Below are positions 60,231 to 64,000 of a DNA stretch of 64,000 bases, in pieces. A model generated the notes under the pieces. It was not told the DNA's origin. It worked only from the letters and a program-made list of their open reading frames with translations, and did no database searches. The position numbers and the translations under genes are program-made. The number at the start of each line of letters is the position of its first letter. The first letter of the stretch is position 1. The stretch lies in contig JAMIGE010000022.1 in the NCBI GenBank assembly GCA_035905815.1, forward strand, positions 18,360-82,359, given 5' to 3'. The DNA is from Minisyncoccota bacterium (GTDB taxonomy: Bacteria > Patescibacteriota > Minisyncoccia > Phycocordibacterales > UBA5272).

Positions 60231-60605
60231 CTACTTATAGATCCCGCAGTATACTGCGAAATACATCACCCCGAGATCTGTAATTTCGATCTCACAGTTC
60301 CCGCTCTGTAGCAATTTGCGCTGTATCATACCGCACGCTTCGGCATCTACAACACAGTGCTGCGACCCTGTATATGGTCCGAATTGAATTGCTGACCATT
60401 TACCGACTTTTGCCGAGGCATGTATTAAATCGTGAAAGAAATTCTCTGCGCCATTTTCACCCAGCGTAGACGAGAACTTGAACCCTTCTGATGTTTTGAA
60501 ATCAGAAGGACCAACTCTATCTCTTGCCCCCTCTGCGCTTGCTTTTGCGAGCATTTCTGCCAACTTGGCCTGAAGGATTCCTTTGTCGCTTTTTCTCCAA
60601 CCCAT
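60231..60605 (-). CDS. hypothetical protein, GC-rich
   Basis: 124 aa. Its start overlaps the 3' end of the upstream ORF by 89 nt in another frame. A GAAAGG lies 7 nt upstream of the ATG. Confidence 0.35.
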   Translation of the reverse strand: MGWRKSDKGILQAKLAEMLAKASAEGARDRVGPSDFKTSEGFKFSSTLGENGAENFFHDLIHASAKVGKWSAIQFGPYTGSQHCVVDAEACGMIQRKLLQSGNCEIEITDLGVMYFAVYCGIYK

Positions 60606-61137
60606 GATTTGACCTTTCGTTAAGTTTGAACACTAAATCTTTTAAACTTTCGCTATCTATCGGATTTGGAGTGGCCTTTGTCCCGCCGATACAAATATCA
60701 GACGACAGAACTAGATTGCTCATCAGGTAGTCATCATCAGCTCGATCACGCGGCAAAGTGTGATCGATAAATGGAACAACCAGAGCGCGGCCAACAAAAG
60801 GTGAGCGATCTAAAAACATATTGAAGTCTAATACCTCAGCAGTATTGAGACCTCGCACCTCTGGCTCTCTCACTGGCAGCACTATGCGGCCGCCAAGCTC
60901 CATACTTACGCAACTGCCGACACTACCGAGAGATCCAAAATAGTGCTTGAACAGATAATCGTCTGTAGGCGCACCTCTGTCTAGGCATAGTAGAGGCTCT
61001 ATTCCACTCTTCATTGTGTAATATGGATATATTAGCCAATCACCCAGACCATCTTCGCTCAGCGCTGCCTTGGCAGTACTACCATTTAGCAAGCTCTGTA
61101 CCGCGATGTGTATGAGCTTATGTTTAAATGTTTTCAC
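60517..61137 (-). CDS. hypothetical protein, GC-rich; C-terminal 30 aa may be out-of-frame read-through
   Basis: 206 aa. The last about 30 residues (KKRQRNPSGQVGRNARKSKRRGGKR) look like non-native basic junk, suggesting a frameshift or an overlapping-gene arrangement. Confidence 0.4.
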   Translation of the reverse strand: MKTFKHKLIHIAVQSLLNGSTAKAALSEDGLGDWLIYPYYTMKSGIEPLLCLDRGAPTDDYLFKHYFGSLGSVGSCVSMELGGRIVLPVREPEVRGLNTAEVLDFNMFLDRSPFVGRALVVPFIDHTLPRDRADDDYLMSNLVLSSDICIGGTKATPNPIDSESLKDLVFKLNERSNHGLEKKRQRNPSGQVGRNARKSKRRGGKR

Positions 61138-61221
61138 TATATCTCCTTAAAAAGCGACTCGCTACATACTATAATACTTATTGTCTTATGTCAATATGCC
61201 TTTCGATAATTGCCTAATGCA

Positions 61222-61250
61222 TAAAAAAACGCCACTCGTATGAGTGGCGC
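61222..61250 (-). terminator. intrinsic terminator (cgccactc-gtat-gagtggcg) followed by a 7-T tract on the minus strand
   Basis: Seen directly, 3' of the 61264 gene. Confidence 0.6.
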
Positions 61251-61263
61251 TAGCTAGTTACGT

Positions 61264-62442
61264 TTAGTTAATTACAGCTTTTGCTTTCTCTGCTCTTGCG
61301 ATGTAACACGCTGAGAAGATTTTGTGCAAATACTCTTCTGCTTTCCTAATACCGTGGGCATGTATATATGTGCAGGACTTGGTCACATCCTCATCGGCAA
61401 ACAGAGAAAGTATGTCTACTTTGATATCGCTATCGACACCAGAGAAATCAACATTAATTACACTATGGCGCCAACCAATTTTGAGCTTCCCGTACTCTGT
61501 CTCTACCAAATACCAAGGAGGCACAAAGTCTTCTTCTTCAGAAGTGTATTCATTTGGAACTTTATTCATGATGTGAAGCTCGAGACCTTGGAACAGCTTT
61601 GCGAATTCCAAATACTGTCTATCTTCTATCACTTCACGATAGCAATTCGGATGATAGTAGCGGGTCACCGTAAACTCCAGGCGATCACTACTACTTAATG
61701 GAGTATCCCAGGGGAGCTCGTTGCGTTCATCATTTGGAAAATCGCTAAGGTGCATATACCCATGGTCATTCTTAACCCTTCTAGAAGGAGGCTTGCCAGG
61801 GCCTCTATCATGCGGATCAGGAGTCCTGTCTACATGTTCGGGATTCCTTATCTTGACACTACCTTTCCACATTCTTCCAAATTTAGGGTCAAGGTTATTC
61901 TCTTCCATTAGCATGAGATATGACTTTCCATAATGCGGCTTGCACAGCAGAACCCTTTCCTCTTGCACGCTTACAGAATTATAGCAATCAGCGATTGTCC
62001 AGCGTTTGCAACAAAGGCCACAGACATCATTCACCTCAGGCAACAAATTGTGCATTGAGTGCGATATAGAGATGTAAACATCATCTTTAGGAAAATTCGC
62101 CTTTACATAATCCCAAAACTCATCTTTGGTGAGTACGTCTGGGATATTAGGTAGCTTATCCTTTGGCACCCAATCTTCAATCCTATCACAATTACCACAA
62201 CGATCAAGTAGGTATCGACCCAGAACAATAAATTCAGCAAGTTGCTCTTTGTTCGCGTAGCCCATATGATTACGCGCTGCGAATAAAGCATTCAGTCCTT
62301 CAAGCGTTTCGCAAGATGCTGAGATGCCATCTTTGGTATTATATAAGGCATGGCGAATTTCTTTTGGCTCTGTGCCTGGCTTACGAGTATTCATAACTTC
62401 CCTTTCGGTGTTAGCATTATTAAAAGTACTACTATCCACCAC
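61264..62442 (-). CDS. hypothetical Cys/His-rich protein, GC-rich (possible Zn-binding)
   Basis: 392 aa with CGNCD, CGLCCKRW and CKPHYG clusters and many Trp/Tyr. No recognisable family. Confidence 0.45.
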   Translation of the reverse strand: MVDSSTFNNANTEREVMNTRKPGTEPKEIRHALYNTKDGISASCETLEGLNALFAARNHMGYANKEQLAEFIVLGRYLLDRCGNCDRIEDWVPKDKLPNIPDVLTKDEFWDYVKANFPKDDVYISISHSMHNLLPEVNDVCGLCCKRWTIADCYNSVSVQEERVLLCKPHYGKSYLMLMEENNLDPKFGRMWKGSVKIRNPEHVDRTPDPHDRGPGKPPSRRVKNDHGYMHLSDFPNDERNELPWDTPLSSSDRLEFTVTRYYHPNCYREVIEDRQYLEFAKLFQGLELHIMNKVPNEYTSEEEDFVPPWYLVETEYGKLKIGWRHSVINVDFSGVDSDIKVDILSLFADEDVTKSCTYIHAHGIRKAEEYLHKIFSACYIARAEKAKAVIN

Positions 62443-62519
62443 ATTAACATAATCAGGATCTATTGTCTACATTTTGATAATTACCAAATGCATATCCTAT
62501 CATATATAATTGTTTGTCA

Positions 62520-62558
62520 GTAAGAAAAGGCGGCAGCTACGCTGCCGCCTTTTCTTAC
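62520..62558. terminator. hairpin (gtaagaaaaggcggcagc-tac-gctgccgccttttcttac) 3' of ileS
   Basis: 18-bp perfect stem. Confidence 0.6.
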
Positions 62559-62562
62559 TGCT

Positions 62563-64000
62563 CTACAACGCCTTTTCTATACGGAGGACGTCATCAATGT
62601 TCACCTCTTGTATTTTCATATCTAGCTTGTATTGGTCATCTAACAGATCAGCTCTACCTGCATCAATGAATAGAATTACTTCATCTGTAGCTACTAGCCC
62701 CATCTCTTTGCGCTTGTCTTTTATCTCGCGACTTAGTTCGCGCTGTTTGCCTTCTCTTATTAGTTCTGGATTTAAAATCATATCAAGTTCGCAAATCTCT
62801 TTAGATTCATCCACTTTTATTTCTTTTACATTCACCTCATCTGCAATGATGTCAAAATACTTTTGACTAATACTTTTATTTATAGTTGCTGAAAGTAATG
62901 GCTGACGCACAGGTAGATTATTCTTCTGCCTTATCATGAGCAGTGACGTAACCACCTCACGAACTATACGCATGTCATCGATAGCAGCATTATCTACTTC
63001 CTTAGATAATGGATAGCTTTGCAGATGGACACTATTGCCACCCTCCACAACCTCCTGATATATTTGCTCGGCTAGGAATGGCATTGCAGGGGCTATTACT
63101 TTTGCAAACTCTACGAGCACATGCCCAATGGTTTGCAAAGCTTCTGCATCCAAATCTTTTAGCCTATCACGGCTACGTCTTAAATACCAAGTTGATAAGT
63201 CATCTACGAATTGACTGACCCCTGATACTGCAATATCTAACTCATAATTATTATATCCCTTTATGCTAGAGTTAATGACTTCATTTAGTCTGCTTAAAAT
63301 CCAAATATCTATTACATTTGTAGAGTTTGCATTTGCCTCTTTATCGTATTTTGCCGACCTATACATTAGGTAAAAGCCTAATACATTTTCCATTCTCTGA
63401 ACATTTTTCTTATACACCTCTTCTACTACTTCATCCCCAAAGGCTACTGACTCGCCGCGCATTACTGGGCTATTCATGAGTGCAAATCTAATTGCATCAG
63501 CACCGAACTTTTCGACTAATAGCATAGGGTCAGTATAATTCTTAAGACTCTTACTCATTTTTTGCCCATCACCTGCTAGCACTATTCCATTTACTATTAC
63601 ATTTTTAAAAGGCGCTTTATCCAGCAGCCCCACACCTAAATTAATTAAAGAGTAAAACCATCCACGTGTCTGGTCCATCCCTTCGGCAATAAAGTCTGCT
63701 GGGAAGTTGTTGTCGAATATATTTTTATTTTCAAATGGATAATGCAGCTCTGCATAAGGCATAGACCCTGACTCGAACCAGCAATCGAACACATCACCAA
63801 TTATATGCATATCACCACCTTTGCTATCCGATAGTACAATTTTGTCTATATATGGCTTGTGAAGGTTAAGCATATGTGACTCATCCCTTGGCAGCTTACC
63901 AGAAGGCAATTCTATGTATTCTGCATTTTTTAAATTAACATTGTATAGCGCGTTCTGGCGTAGCAATTCTCTAGCTGGGGCCATGTGAGTAATTATTAAG
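62563..64000 (-). CDS. ileS: isoleucine--tRNA ligase, C-terminal about 480 aa (gene continues past the window edge)
   Basis: ADFIAEGMDQTRGWFYS (IleRS-type EGxDQxRGWF), GQKMSKSLKNY (KMSKS) and an anticodon-binding C-terminal region. The frame is open to position 64000. Confidence 0.8.
   Translation of the reverse strand, partial: LIITHMAPARELLRQNALYNVNLKNAEYIELPSGKLPRDESHMLNLHKPYIDKIVLSDSKGGDMHIIGDVFDCWFESGSMPYAELHYPFENKNIFDNNFPADFIAEGMDQTRGWFYSLINLGVGLLDKAPFKNVIVNGIVLAGDGQKMSKSLKNYTDPMLLVEKFGADAIRFALMNSPVMRGESVAFGDEVVEEVYKKNVQRMENVLGFYLMYRSAKYDKEANANSTNVIDIWILSRLNEVINSSIKGYNNYELDIAVSGVSQFVDDLSTWYLRRSRDRLKDLDAEALQTIGHVLVEFAKVIAPAMPFLAEQIYQEVVEGGNSVHLQSYPLSKEVDNAAIDDMRIVREVVTSLLMIRQKNNLPVRQPLLSATINKSISQKYFDIIADEVNVKEIKVDESKEICELDMILNPELIREGKQRELSREIKDKRKEMGLVATDEVILFIDAGRADLLDDQYKLDMKIQEVNIDDVLRIEKAL

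Noticed and set aside
1-64000. CRISPR arrays, tRNA and rRNA genes
   Set aside because: No regularly spaced direct repeats were seen. A scan for T-arm-like GGTTCRANYCC and its reverse complement found nothing, so no tRNA is called. No rRNA-like conserved blocks were seen.
1-64000. Alternative genetic code (UGA recoding as in Gracilibacteria/Absconditabacteria)
   Set aside because: Very long ORFs (dnaE 1060 aa, clpB 909 aa, uvrA 871 aa) are intact under the standard code, and genes abut as expected. There is no sign of in-frame UGA being required.
1-64000. Prophage, integrase, transposase or IS elements bounding the GC-rich blocks
   Set aside because: No integrase or transposase motifs (R-H-R-Y, DDE) and no obvious direct-repeat att sites were seen flanking any island. 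If these blocks were acquired, the mobility genes are absent or lie outside the window.

Overview
This 64-kb window reads as the core chromosome of a small-genome, CPR-like bacterium. The lineage call is an inference from several features that co-occur. The S14-S8-L6-L18-S5-L15-SecY block has no L30, ProRS lacks an editing domain, PheS and MetRS are short, UMP kinase is archaeal-type, and PilB is an orphan. The dense housekeeping backbone sits mostly on the minus strand and has about 38-43% GC. It comprises F0F1 ATP synthase a/c/b/delta, pheS, rnhB, pilB, dnaE, clpB, sodA-like, a NifS-like desulfurase, efp, the lemA-TPM pair, uvrA, cdsA, the ribosomal cluster, proS, infC-rpmI-rplT, ndk, rpsF-ssb-rpsR, tatD, metG, mgtC, aqpZ, recO, mnmA and the ileS 3' part. 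Genes are separated by many perfect-stem hairpin terminators that could act in either orientation. Several compositionally distinct blocks are interspersed in this backbone. About 50-56% GC are the blocks 5795-9115, 11201-11992, 18320-19911, 35773-37444, 40779-41492, 49190-51908 and 59413-62442. They encode secreted proteins, lipoproteins or proteins of unknown function. Very AT-rich membrane-protein blocks lie at 1919-4100 and 27807-31202. A YafQ/DinJ-like toxin-antitoxin pair is at 38919-39437. A roughly 700-bp ORF-free, hairpin-rich gap lies at 6850-7574 inside the first GC-rich island. No tRNA, rRNA, CRISPR array, integrase or transposase was seen. All functional calls come from motif recognition by eye and should be confirmed by database search.
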